Below, in pieces: positions 10,173 to 18,639 of a stretch of DNA of 64,000 nucleotides. Source of the stretch: a virus; IMG/VR virus record IMGVR_UViG_3300045454_000119, positions 3,173 to 67,172 of that record; one strand, 5' to 3'. Position 1 is the first letter of the stretch; each line of letters begins with the position of its first letter. Both the position numbers and the translations under genes were made by a program. The notes beneath the pieces were generated by a model. The model worked only from the letters and a program-made list of their open reading frames with translations, had not been told where the DNA came from and did not search any database.

Positions 10173-10621
10173 GGCTTGCCCGCGTCGGACAGCGCTTGGG
10201 CGAACCCGGTAAGCCTCTGCTTCAGCCGTGCTTCCTCTTTCGGCCCGTGGTCCTCCCACGACACCACGCACACCTCCGGCGGCTCGGCGTTGCTCCAGCG
10301 GGGGACGAAGTTCTCTCGGGCCGTCTTTACCGCCTCGTCGTAGGTGTCGGCGAACACCTCCAGGCTGCCGCCGAAGTCGACCTCGTAGGACAGGGTGACG
10401 GTCCAGAGCCTCAGCCCGGAGCCGGGGATGCCACCCGGCCGGTTCCGGTCCTCGGCCACCTCCAGGGCCGCGTGGAAGTCGATGCCGAACCGCTGGCACA
10501 GGTCGATCACGTCGGCCAGGAACTGCGGGACGTCGACGTGGGCCATCTCGGAGGCGTAGTGCTCGAGCAGGAAGCCGCCGAGGATGACGGCGGCGGGGAG
10601 CTTGGTTTCGTCTGAGGTCAT
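10169..10621 (-). CDS. Hypothetical phage protein
   Basis: ATGA-coupled to the downstream gene; protein-like composition. Confidence 0.65.
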   Translation of the reverse strand: MTSDETKLPAAVILGGFLLEHYASEMAHVDVPQFLADVIDLCQRFGIDFHAALEVAEDRNRPGGIPGSGLRLWTVTLSYEVDFGGSLEVFADTYDEAVKTARENFVPRWSNAEPPEVCVVSWEDHGPKEEARLKQRLTGFAQALSDAGKP

Positions 10622-10667
10622 ACGGATAGTCTGAAGTGCCCGCCGGGCCACTCTCCCGGCGGGGCGG

Positions 10668-10880
10668 TTAACCGGCGGCGGACCACTCGGCCAGCCAGCG
10701 GCAGGCGTCGGTCCCGTCGATGTGCATCGGCTCGTCGTCCGGCCCCTGGGCCAGGGCCAGCCCGACGGCGCACGCCTCGCAGCTGCGGGAGATGTTCTCC
10801 GGCGACCCCGGGAACCGGACCCAGTGCCACTCCTCGCCGTCCGGGACGGCCTTGGTGCAGTACGCGCAGGTGCGGTCCAT
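10668..10880 (-). CDS. Small Zn-finger protein
   Basis: CAYC...CEAC; GGAGG RBS. Confidence 0.6.
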   Translation of the reverse strand: MDRTCAYCTKAVPDGEEWHWVRFPGSPENISRSCEACAVGLALAQGPDDEPMHIDGTDACRWLAEWSAAG

Positions 10881-10882
10881 GC

Positions 10883-11011
10883 TCACCTCCCGACCTGCAC
10901 AACGATGGCCAGGAGCAGGTCCAGGACCGCGAGCACAAGGGCGGCGACGCAGACGACGGTCAGGGCCTTGTCGGTGGCGAGGGAGCCGGGCGGGATGTGT
11001 TTCTGAGTCAT
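10883..11011 (-). CDS. Small single-pass membrane protein (42 aa)
   Basis: MTQKHIPPGSLATDKALTVVCVAALVLAVLDLLLAIVVQVGR; GGAGG RBS; first gene after the 11086 promoter. Confidence 0.5.
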   Translation of the reverse strand: MTQKHIPPGSLATDKALTVVCVAALVLAVLDLLLAIVVQVGR

Positions 11012-11078
11012 GTTCCTCCGAATGCGTGCGGCGTTCACAGGCGCCGCGTGGTTGACGAGGGGCAGGATGCCAGAGATT

Positions 11079-11100
11079 CAAAGACGAGTCAACGTCTTTG
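11079..11100 (-). promoter_or_regulatory. Palindromic operator/-35 element (copy 2)
   Basis: CAAAGAC-GAGTCAAC-GTCTTTG with perfect 7-bp arms; TTGACT-17nt-CATCCT on minus strand. Confidence 0.7.
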
Positions 11101-11107
11101 GGGGTAG

Positions 11108-11143
11108 AAAAACCGCCTCTTTCCTGTGAGCCGGGAGAGGCGG
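11108..11143 (-). terminator. Putative intrinsic terminator
   Basis: ccgcctct...agaggcgg stem followed by a U-run on the minus strand (aaaaa at 11108). Confidence 0.5.
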
Positions 11144-11243
11144 AAACCGGCTGCCCTTGGGGGCGATTCGCATCCGAAGAGGCCGTTCGGCCACTCGAAA
11201 TCCTGTTGTGTACTGGCGTTTACATATTTGGTAAATTCCGATC

Positions 11244-11924
11244 GTGATCACGGAGACTACAGCTCGATATCCCGTTACGCTTTCGGCCGGTGACCGCGTA
11301 GGCTATTGGACCCTGCTGCAATACTTCGCTGGCGAACGACCACGAAGGACTCAGTACCTGTGCCGATGCGTTTGCGGAGTCGAAAAACGGGTGGACGTGC
11401 GGAACCTGCGACACGGCCGGTCGAGAAGCTGTGGTTGCCGGGCTGGGGAAGGTAATAAGGGTGGCCCTGGTGTGCCTCGGAAGCACGGGCATTCGGCAAG
11501 CGGGGAAATGTCCCGAACATACCGGTCCTGGTGCTGGATGAAACAGCGATGCTTCAACCCCAAAGAGAAGGACTTCCCCCACTACGGCGGCCGAGGGATC
11601 ACGGTCTGTGAGCGATGGAGGAACTCGTTTGAGGCTTTTTTGGCCGACATGAGCGAGAGCCCAGGCAAGGGCTACAGCATCGAGCGGATCGACACCAACG
11701 GGAACTACGAGCCGACGAACTGTCGGTGGGCGACACAGCGCGAGCAGATCAACAACCGCCGGATGACGAAAAGGCTCACCTTTCAGGGCGAGACGATGGC
11801 GGTCGCGGACTGGGCAAGGAGGATCGGGTGTCCTCGCCACCTGTTGCATGGCCGGATTAAACTCGGATGGTCGGTAGAGGAGATCTTGAGCAGACCGGCC
11901 CGCCGCAGACGCAAAATCGCATAA
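11244..11924 (+). CDS. HNH-type homing endonuclease-like protein, opposite orientation to the early arm
   Basis: 'CRCVCG', 'SCGC', 'MKQRC.NP..YGGRGITVCERW', 'SIERIDTNGNYEPTNCRWAT'. Confidence 0.85.
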   Translation: MITETTARYPVTLSAGDRVGYWTLLQYFAGERPRRTQYLCRCVCGVEKRVDVRNLRHGRSRSCGCRAGEGNKGGPGVPRKHGHSASGEMSRTYRSWCWMKQRCFNPKEKDFPHYGGRGITVCERWRNSFEAFLADMSESPGKGYSIERIDTNGNYEPTNCRWATQREQINNRRMTKRLTFQGETMAVADWARRIGCPRHLLHGRIKLGWSVEEILSRPARRRRKIA

Positions 11925-11962
11925 GGCCTCCAACCTGCCGCTTCTGGTACCCTGGGCTTGCA

Positions 11963-12535
11963 TCACTTCTCCTCGGAGGCCCCGTGTCCGGAAAGCTGCT
12001 CGACTCCTCCACCGCCCACGCCCTGTTCAGCCTGCACGCCGTCGCCAGCGAGCGGACCCTGGCCTTGGACCTGAACTGGGACGGCCTCCGGCCCCCGGAA
12101 TCCGCCTGGATCGTGCAGCTCTGGGACCCCGGCGAACGGGAGGTCGTGACCTCCCGGGCCGCCACGCTCGCCCTGGCCGTGGCCTCGGCGCTCGACCAGG
12201 TGCGGGCCCAGAAGCTGCCCGGATAGGACCTTCTGGGTGAGATGGTCGATGCTCCGCATGAGGATTTGATACTTCGCCCGGTACTGCTCGAGCTCGGCCA
12301 CGCGGGCCTTGAGGTCGTCTCGCTCCCGGACCACCGCCGTGTGGTCGGCGACCCGGACCCCGATGTATTCGGGGGCAATTAGGAGTTGGCGGACTTCTAT
12401 CTCCAGATCGGCGACGCGGCCTTCCAGGGCGTCGATGTAGTCGTGAGCGAAGCAGAGCGTCGCGCAGGCGTCGACGCCGTCCGATGCGTTGGCCGCAAGG
12501 TATGCCGCCTTCTTCGCTCTAAGTTCCTCTTCCAT
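11963..12535 (-). CDS. Coiled-coil phage protein (C-terminal part uncertain)
   Basis: MEEELRAKK...ERDDLKARVAELEQ heptads; 3' part overlaps the + strand ORF. Confidence 0.5.
   Translation of the reverse strand: MEEELRAKKAAYLAANASDGVDACATLCFAHDYIDALEGRVADLEIEVRQLLIAPEYIGVRVADHTAVVRERDDLKARVAELEQYRAKYQILMRSIDHLTQKVLSGQLLGPHLVERRGHGQGERGGPGGHDLPFAGVPELHDPGGFRGPEAVPVQVQGQGPLAGDGVQAEQGVGGGGVEQLSGHGASEEK
11984..12226 (+). CDS. Hypothetical protein (80 aa)
   Basis: GGAGG RBS then GTG at 11984; antisense to the tail of the 11963-12535 ORF. Confidence 0.5.
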   Translation: MSGKLLDSSTAHALFSLHAVASERTLALDLNWDGLRPPESAWIVQLWDPGEREVVTSRAATLALAVASALDQVRAQKLPG

Positions 12536-12540
12536 CCGCC

Positions 12541-13194
12541 TCACCAGCCCCCTGTCGCCGTGGTCGTCGTGAACGAGAACGCCCCCGTATACGGGGACGC
12601 CTTGTCGAAGTCGAAGGAAAAGCCCTTCAGGATCTCCAGCGCCCGCTTCTGCACCCCGAGCGAGCGGGTGACCGCCTGCCGCTGGGCGGCGCACTGGTCG
12701 AGGGCGGACTGGACGGCCTGCTGGAACAGGTTCGGCTGGCCGGACACCGTCAGCTTGGCGGACAGGACCTCGGCGACGGCCGCGAGCTGCTTCTCCTCCT
12801 GCTCCAGGGTCTTCAGGTTCTGCCGGTTCTTCGCCTGCTCGGCCTCCAGCGTGCGGCGGAGGCTCCCGACCACGTCGAGCCGTTTCAGCCCGTCGGGGCT
12901 GGTCTGGGCGAGGAGTTTGAGGAACAGCTCCCGGAGGCCCTGGCAGGCGGCGCCGATCTCGTTGGCCTCGGTGCTGTCCGGCATCACCCCGAAGGTGTCG
13001 AAGAACGCCCGCTTCCGGTCGTCGGTGAGGGTCTCGTAGGCGAGCTTCACCGGCAGGAAGGCGTCGCCGTCGCCCCCGGCGTCGGGGTGGTGCCGCTTCG
13101 CGAGGTCGTAGTACGCCTTCTTGATCTGCTCCTTCGTGGCGGTCATGTCGACGCCGAGGGTGGCGTAGGGGTCGGTTTCAGTTCCCTGAGTCAT
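12541..13194 (-). CDS. J-domain (DnaJ-like) protein
   Basis: 'DPYATLGV...IKKAYYDLAKRHHPD.GG...AYETLTDDRKRAFFD' with intact HPD. Confidence 0.9.
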   Translation of the reverse strand: MTQGTETDPYATLGVDMTATKEQIKKAYYDLAKRHHPDAGGDGDAFLPVKLAYETLTDDRKRAFFDTFGVMPDSTEANEIGAACQGLRELFLKLLAQTSPDGLKRLDVVGSLRRTLEAEQAKNRQNLKTLEQEEKQLAAVAEVLSAKLTVSGQPNLFQQAVQSALDQCAAQRQAVTRSLGVQKRALEILKGFSFDFDKASPYTGAFSFTTTTATGGW

Positions 13195-13465
13195 CTGTCT
13201 CCTGCGTCCCGAAAGCCCCGTCCGACATCCCCACGCACTGGCCGTCTACCAGGACGTAGTACGTGTCCCAGCCGCACCGGTCGTCGTAGCCGACGTGCTT
13301 GAAGGAGATGGAAACCGGCCGGTCGCCGAGATGTAGCCACGCCTTTCGGACCTCGGCCTCGAGCTCGGCCACGCTGGAAACCGAGACGGTGGTGGCGAGG
13401 CTCTCCTCGAGCATGCCGCGGTGACGGCGGAAGAGGGTGGGGCGGACGGCGAGTTCCGTGATCAT
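13178..13465 (-). CDS. Conserved phage hypothetical protein
   Basis: 'FRRHRGMLEESLAT', 'YDDRCGWDTYYV'; coupled genes. Confidence 0.65.
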   Translation of the reverse strand: MITELAVRPTLFRRHRGMLEESLATTVSVSSVAELEAEVRKAWLHLGDRPVSISFKHVGYDDRCGWDTYYVLVDGQCVGMSDGAFGTQETDDSGN

Positions 13466-13746
13466 AGCTGCCCCCGCTTGTTCAACTCGTTCACAACGAG
13501 CTGGGCGTACCCGGCGATGTCCCGCCACGAGTCGTCGTAGTTCGGGTCGCCGTTCAGGATGCGGCCGATCTTATGGCAGATCATCTCCAGCGCCTCCCGC
13601 TGGGAGTGGGTGAGCCGCTCCCACTTCGGCTGCGCCGCGCACTCGGCCTTGAGCCGCTGGGTGATCCGGGCGTGGTCCCGGAACTCGCCGTACCGCTTGC
13701 CCCGCTCGTTCAGCGTGTCCTGGATGTTCTCATTAGCCTGCGTCAT
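13462..13746 (-). CDS. DUF6378 family phage protein
   Basis: 'TLNERGKRYG.F', 'HKIGRILNGDPNYDDSWRDIAGYA'. Confidence 0.8.
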   Translation of the reverse strand: MTQANENIQDTLNERGKRYGEFRDHARITQRLKAECAAQPKWERLTHSQREALEMICHKIGRILNGDPNYDDSWRDIAGYAQLVVNELNKRGQL

Positions 13747-14083
13747 GCCCCTCCTGTGTGTCCTTACGCTCCAACTCCTCGGCCCACCCTTCGACCGCTT
13801 CGGCCGAGATGGCGAATCCCTCCCGGGGCCAGCGGGCGACGAACGCCTGCTTGAAGTCCTGATAGACGTGGCGGGCGTGGTCGTCCCCGAGCACGTCGGC
13901 GGTGATGGCCAGCGCGAGCTGGGCCGGGCCGGACCCGGAATAGCCGAGTTCAAAGCCAGTGGGGCTGTGGTTCCGGAGGTCGAGCCGGAGGTCGAGTTCC
14001 ACCGGCGGGAGGTCGTCGACGTGCTTGGTGACGATGAGACCGCCGTGACCGGCCCTGCGGCCCTGGTAGGTTACTGGGCTCAT
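13733..14083 (-). CDS. DUF6166 family protein
   Basis: 'NHSPTGFELGYSGSGPAQLALAI...YQDFK'. Confidence 0.8.
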   Translation of the reverse strand: MSPVTYQGRRAGHGGLIVTKHVDDLPPVELDLRLDLRNHSPTGFELGYSGSGPAQLALAITADVLGDDHARHVYQDFKQAFVARWPREGFAISAEAVEGWAEELERKDTQEGHDAG

Positions 14084-14220
14084 GCCTCTTCCTCCTTCCG
14101 CTCCTCCAGCTTCCTCACCCGCGCCTCCAGCCTGGCCAGACGGGCCTTCACGGCGCGGAGGTTGGTGAGCGTGATGTCCTGGGCGTTCCTCTTCTTCGCC
14201 GCCTTCTTCCTCACCGCCAT
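14080..14220 (-). CDS. Small basic coiled-coil protein (46 aa)
   Basis: MAVRKKAAKKRNAQDITLTNLRAVKARLARLEARVRKLEERKEEEA; overlaps both neighbours. Confidence 0.55.
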   Translation of the reverse strand: MAVRKKAAKKRNAQDITLTNLRAVKARLARLEARVRKLEERKEEEA

Positions 14221-14483
14221 CACAGCCTCCGCTCGAAGAACCGCATCACGTCCGCCCGGGCCTCCTCGTCCGCCCGGCGGACCATGTTCACGATCCGCAT
14301 GGTGCCCTCCAGCGAGGACAGGTCCCCGCGGGCGATGGCGAGCGACAGCTCCTCGGCCTGGCCGACCAGCGTCGCCTCCTCCTGTGGGTCCGGCGTCGGC
14401 TCGAACAGCCTCAGCCGGGGTTCGTAGTTCGGGTCTTCCAGTCCCATGTGCCTCCTTGGTTCGCCGTTATCCTTCCGCTTCAC
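14220..14483 (-). CDS. Hypothetical protein
   Basis: GTGA-coupled to upstream gene; protein-like C-terminal part of the 335-aa track ORF. Confidence 0.5.
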   Translation of the reverse strand: MKRKDNGEPRRHMGLEDPNYEPRLRLFEPTPDPQEEATLVGQAEELSLAIARGDLSSLEGTMRIVNMVRRADEEARADVMRFFERRL

Positions 14484-15079
14484 TGACGCCGACACTCCCC
14501 CACCTCCCGCCGGCTCCGCTCGGTGAACCCGAGATACCACCCGGCCGCCTCCAGGAGCCCCTGGGCACCGCCGTTCATGACGTCCTGGCCGTCGGAGTGG
14601 TCCGCCCCGAGGGCGTGGGCCAGCTCGTGGGCGATGGCGACCTTGGAATGGGCCAGCTCGTGGCCGGGGTAGCGGTCGAACCTCCCGGTCATGACCGTCG
14701 CCCCCCAGCCGCACGTGTAGGCGATGCCGGCCGACCAGAGCTGCCCGGCGTGCTTGTACTTCGGCTCGACCCGGAGCACGATGGCGGCCCGGGGGGACGG
14801 GTCCACGTCCAGCCCGGCGAAGTAGGCGTCGTGGTGGGCGCGGGCCTGGTAGGGCTTCCCCCGCCTGGTCGACCACCTCACCACCCGCAAGGTGACCCCG
14901 AGTTCGTCCCTGATCTGCTGGACGGCGGCCGCCACCACCTGCCGGGCCTCCGGCTTGGTGAGGCCGTGCGGGTGGGTGGTGTGCCGGACCTCGACGGTGA
15001 CGGCCTGGGCGTGGACGGCCGTCGGGACCAACAAGGCCATCAGCCCGACCTTCCTCAACCCTCCTTGCGGCTTGCTCAT
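14480..15079 (-). CDS. Secreted metzincin zinc metalloprotease
   Basis: Signal peptide ('VGLMALLVPTAVHA-QA'), HELAHALGADH (HExxHxxGxxH) and Met-turn 'DVMN'. Confidence 0.8.
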   Translation of the reverse strand: MSKPQGGLRKVGLMALLVPTAVHAQAVTVEVRHTTHPHGLTKPEARQVVAAAVQQIRDELGVTLRVVRWSTRRGKPYQARAHHDAYFAGLDVDPSPRAAIVLRVEPKYKHAGQLWSAGIAYTCGWGATVMTGRFDRYPGHELAHSKVAIAHELAHALGADHSDGQDVMNGGAQGLLEAAGWYLGFTERSRREVGECRRQ

Positions 15080-15088
15080 ACTCCCCCG

Positions 15089-15388
15089 TCAGTCGTTCAT
15101 CCGGTCCGCCCGGTCGTTCCAGGTCAGCACCTCGCCCAGCGTCGTCCGCCACGCCTCCCGGTCGAAGAACGCCACCACCCAGCGGGCGAAGTCGTCCCGC
15201 TCGGGCGGGAAGGGCGGCGTGCCCCACGCCGAGGTCAGGAGGTCCTCGGCCAGCAGCACGGCCCCCGCGTTCATCCCGCCCCAGTCGTACCCGGCCTCCG
15301 GCAGGGCCACGCCCGCGAAGTCCGGCGGGTCGTGCCGGGTGACCAGCGGGCCGTCCGGCGTCCGCCGGCCCTGGAAGTACACCTGCAT
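15089..15388 (-). CDS. Divergent DUF6166-like protein
   Basis: 'YFQGRR', 'GYDWGGMNAGAVLLAEDLL' parallels 13733-14083. Confidence 0.55.
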   Translation of the reverse strand: MQVYFQGRRTPDGPLVTRHDPPDFAGVALPEAGYDWGGMNAGAVLLAEDLLTSAWGTPPFPPERDDFARWVVAFFDREAWRTTLGEVLTWNDRADRMND

Positions 15389-15392
15389 CGGG

Positions 15393-15680
15393 CTACTCCT
15401 CGTGCTCGTCCTTCACCCCGTTGGGGTACAACCGCCCCGGCGACATGGCCCGCTCGACCGCCTTCTTCAACTGCTCCTCCCGCTCGGCGGCAAGCCGCAT
15501 GATCCCCCGGGCCGCTTCCTCCCGGGAGCACAGGCGGGTCCGCGCCATGTCGATCCACTTCAGGACCGCCTGCTCGAACGTCTCCTGCCGCGGCGGCAGG
15601 TCGATGAACGCCATGAGGTTCAGGCCGCTCCCGGCGAAGCTCGCCGGGATGTGTCTCGTGTCACCGTTCAGTTTGCTCAT
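15393..15680 (-). CDS. Hypothetical protein
   Basis: GGAGG RBS, ATG 15680. Confidence 0.55.
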   Translation of the reverse strand: MSKLNGDTRHIPASFAGSGLNLMAFIDLPPRQETFEQAVLKWIDMARTRLCSREEAARGIMRLAAEREEQLKKAVERAMSPGRLYPNGVKDEHEE

Positions 15681-15942
15681 GGGCCTCCGGTGTTGGCAGC
15701 ACCTCCGTGTCGGCTCCGTCAGAAATGGCCGGCTTGCGACGCCGGAGACACTCCCAGTCCCAAACGGTGTGGGCCCGGAGCACGTCCTCGGCCGCGAGGG
15801 CGAAGATCTCCCAGGCGCCGGTCTTGGCCGCCGAGTCGAACATGTCGGCCAGGTACTCCCGGGCGTAGGCCGGGTCCTTGAGCCGGTCGGCCAGGCCGGC
15901 GGGGATGTCGGTGTCTCCGGACGTGCTGTGGTGTCGGTCCAT
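15661..15942 (-). CDS. Protein resembling the N-terminal half of HI1420-type addiction-module antidotes
   Basis: 'LADRLKDPAYAREYLADMFDSAAKTGAWEIFALAAEDVLRA'; no C-terminal HTH seen. Confidence 0.5.
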   Translation of the reverse strand: MDRHHSTSGDTDIPAGLADRLKDPAYAREYLADMFDSAAKTGAWEIFALAAEDVLRAHTVWDWECLRRRKPAISDGADTEVLPTPEAHEQTER

Positions 15943-15996
15943 ATTCCTCCGAATGCGTTGTCACAGTCCCAGGCTGCCACAGGTCGGAAAGGCGAG

Positions 15997-16185
15997 TCAA
16001 CAACTTAGGTGTGAATTTCTCAACTCCACGGCGTGGCAGCCGGAGGTCCAGACCAGCCGCATCAGCCAGTCAACCCCGAAGCACCGCCCGGCGAGGCCGA
16101 GGGCGGCGATCCACGCCTGCCCCTCGGTCGCCCCGGTCCCCCGGATCTCGCTCGTCCTGTTGTCCACGATCGCCCAGCAGCTCAT
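15997..16185 (-). CDS. Small hypothetical protein
   Basis: 62-aa ORF with GAGG upstream. Confidence 0.4.
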   Translation of the reverse strand: MSCWAIVDNRTSEIRGTGATEGQAWIAALGLAGRCFGVDWLMRLVWTSGCHAVELRNSHLSC

Positions 16186-16386
16186 CCTCGTTCGGCCTCC
16201 CCAACCACAACGTCCCGACCACGAACCCGACCAGGAACCCGCCCCAGCCCCCGAGCAGCAGCCAGGTCACGACGGCACCTTCGCATTGAACTCATCCCGC
16301 ATACACCCCTCCATCGAGCGGCCGGCCCGCTCGCCTCCGACGAACTTGTTGACTCTACATGCATCCGACCCCCATACTCAACACAT

Positions 16387-16638
16387 ATGCCTTACCACGT
16401 CATGAAGCGGCCCCGGAGCCGCAACGCCATCAAGGAACTGTTGCTAAAGATCGCCGAGCGGCACGGGCTGCGGCGGTGGGAGCCGCCCCTGTGCGAGCGG
16501 CTCGACATCGGCCCGTACGCCCCGCGGAACTGGCTGGAGCGGGGGATCCCGGAGGGCTACTGGCCGGCCGTGGCGGAGCTGGCGGGGGTGCCGCTGGCCG
16601 ACGTGCGGGCGGCCCACAAGGTGATCCGCGCGAGGTAG
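16387..16638 (+). CDS. Cro-like HTH protein 1
   Basis: 'LCERLDIGPYAPRNWLERGIPEGYWPAVAELAGVPL'; TTGACT-18-CATACT just upstream. Confidence 0.65.
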   Translation: MPYHVMKRPRSRNAIKELLLKIAERHGLRRWEPPLCERLDIGPYAPRNWLERGIPEGYWPAVAELAGVPLADVRAAHKVIRAR

Positions 16639-16933
16639 CCAGCTCCAGGAGCCGCCGGCGGATCGCCCCCAGGTCCCAGCCGAGCGCGTCCGCCACCTCC
16701 TCGGCCGAGAACGGCGGCCGGGCCCGGTAGCCCGGCCCGAACAGGTACGCCTCGGCGTTGGTCCGGTGGTGCGGCCTCACCTCGATCGTCCCGCCGCCGT
16801 TCCCGGAGATGTCGGCCCGCCCCAGGAAGTCCCGCACCGCCCGCTCGAACACCGCCGCCAGCAGGTTGTGCTCCGGGAGCCGCGGGGCCGCCCCGTCCTC
16901 CTCCCGGTCGATCTCGTACCGCTCCGTCGTCAT
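16430..16933 (-). CDS. Putative phage transcription regulator (paralog of 23983-24297); C-terminus overlaps Cro-like gene
   Basis: 'PEHNLLAAVFERAVRDF...NAEAYLF...FSAEEVADALGWDLGAIRRRL'. Confidence 0.6.
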   Translation of the reverse strand: MTTERYEIDREEDGAAPRLPEHNLLAAVFERAVRDFLGRADISGNGGGTIEVRPHHRTNAEAYLFGPGYRARPPFSAEEVADALGWDLGAIRRRLLELATSRGSPCGPPARRPAAPPPAPPRPASSPPGSPAPASSAGRTGRCRAARTGAAPTAAARAARRSLATVP

Positions 16934-18630
16934 ATGTTGATCCCCCCCTCCTCGTACAAAAGGTCCCGTTCCTCTGCCTGGACGTGGTTCTCGGGGTGGT
17001 ACTCCAGCACCTCGACCACCCGCCAGAACCCCTTCTCCTGGGCGATCCGGACCCGCTTCGGGGCCTTCAGCTCGCCGGCCTTCGCCCGCCGCAGTCCCTC
17101 GTCCACCGAGTCCGGGTAGTCCTGCGTCGGGTCGGTCGTCCGCTTGACCCACCAGTCCTTCGCCTTCCGCAGGGCGAACCCCTCGTGCTCCAGGCACACC
17201 CACTCGCTCACCTTGGAGACCGGGAGGTCCCCGAGCTGGATGATGGTGTGGTCGGCCCGGAGCGTCGGCACCGGGCTGTCCCTCTTCTCGTGCCGGGCGT
17301 AGCTGGTGCCGAACACCTCCACCTCGACGGGCCTGACCTGGCTGCTGAGGAGCGGGGCGTCGCTCGCCGTCGCCTCGTGACGGATCCGCTCCGGCTCGGG
17401 GAACGGGGCCCCGCAGTCCGGGCACTCCCGGGCCTTGATCTCGGCCACCGAGCGGCAGTTGGGGCACAGTTTCATGGGCGGCGACTCCACCCGCCCCTCC
17501 TCCCGGCCGGTGAGCGGGCACTTCCTGTAGGTGATCTTGATCCTGTCGAGCGGGCCGTGCCGGAAGGCGTTCCCGCCGAAGTCGGCGATCAGGCAGTCTT
17601 TCTTCCCCTCCGCCAGGCGGCAGCCCCGCCCGCAGATCTGGACCCACAGGCCCGTGCTTTTCGTCGCCCGGAGGACGCCGATGAAGTCGATGCCCGGGTG
17701 GTCGAACCCGGTGGTGAGGACGTCGCAGTTGACCATCGCCCGGAGCCGCCCGGCCTTGAAGTCGGTGAGGAGCATCTCCCGCTCGAGCGGCGGGGTGTCG
17801 CCGGTGACGACGCCGACGCTCACCCCCACCCGCTTCAGCACCTGGGCGATCCGGTGGGCGTGGTTCACGCCCGAGGCGAAGACGAGCCAGCTCCTCCGGT
17901 CCCGGGCCAGGCTCACCAGCTCTTCCAGCGCCGCCTCGACCAGGTCCAGGCGGTTGAACGCCCGCTCCATCGCCTCGGCCACGAACTCGCCGGCCCGGAC
18001 GGCCACGCCGGAGAGGTCGGCCTGGTGCTTGCACGCCTTGCTGACGAGCGGGGAGAGGTAGCCCTGGCCGATGAGGTCGGCGATGTTCGCGTCGTAGGCG
18101 ACGGCGGTGAACAGGCCGTCGGTGCCGCCGGTCAGGAAGCCGCTGCCCATGCGGTAGGGGGTGGCGGTGAGCCCGCAGAACCGGACGGCCGGGTTCTGGT
18201 CCGTCAAACCGTCGATGAGCGTCCGGTACATCCCCTCGCCGGTCGCCGGGATCAGGTGCGCCTCGTCGATGACGCAGAGGGAGAACTTCCCGAGCTGCTC
18301 CGCCTTCTTGAACACCGACTGGACGCCGGCGAACACGACCTGGGCGTCCGCCTCCTTCCTCCCCAGCCCGGCCGAGTAGACGCCGGAGGTGACGAACGGG
18401 GCGAGCCCCCGGAACTTGTCGCAGTTCTGCCCGATCAGCTCCTTCCGGTGCTGGAGGACCAGAACCCGGCGGTCGAGCCCCCGCTCGGCCACTTTCCGGG
18501 CGACCTCGGCGATGATGACGCTCTTGCCCGCCCCGGTCGGCAGGACCAACAGCGGGGCCCCCTGGGGGTTCCGTCGGAACCAGTCCCAGAGGGCCGAGAG
18601 GGCGTGGGCTTGGTACGGCCTGAGCTCCAC
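16930..18630 (-). CDS. SF2 DEAD/DEAH helicase (RadD/YejH-like) with Zn ribbon
   Basis: 'LRPYQ', 'PTGAGKS', 'DEAH', 'TATPYR', 'TGFD', 'QICGRGCR', CPNC...CPDC. Confidence 0.95.
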   Translation of the reverse strand: MELRPYQAHALSALWDWFRRNPQGAPLLVLPTGAGKSVIIAEVARKVAERGLDRRVLVLQHRKELIGQNCDKFRGLAPFVTSGVYSAGLGRKEADAQVVFAGVQSVFKKAEQLGKFSLCVIDEAHLIPATGEGMYRTLIDGLTDQNPAVRFCGLTATPYRMGSGFLTGGTDGLFTAVAYDANIADLIGQGYLSPLVSKACKHQADLSGVAVRAGEFVAEAMERAFNRLDLVEAALEELVSLARDRRSWLVFASGVNHAHRIAQVLKRVGVSVGVVTGDTPPLEREMLLTDFKAGRLRAMVNCDVLTTGFDHPGIDFIGVLRATKSTGLWVQICGRGCRLAEGKKDCLIADFGGNAFRHGPLDRIKITYRKCPLTGREEGRVESPPMKLCPNCRSVAEIKARECPDCGAPFPEPERIRHEATASDAPLLSSQVRPVEVEVFGTSYARHEKRDSPVPTLRADHTIIQLGDLPVSKVSEWVCLEHEGFALRKAKDWWVKRTTDPTQDYPDSVDEGLRRAKAGELKAPKRVRIAQEKGFWRVVEVLEYHPENHVQAEERDLLYEEGGINI

Positions 18631-18639
18631 CTGCCTCCG

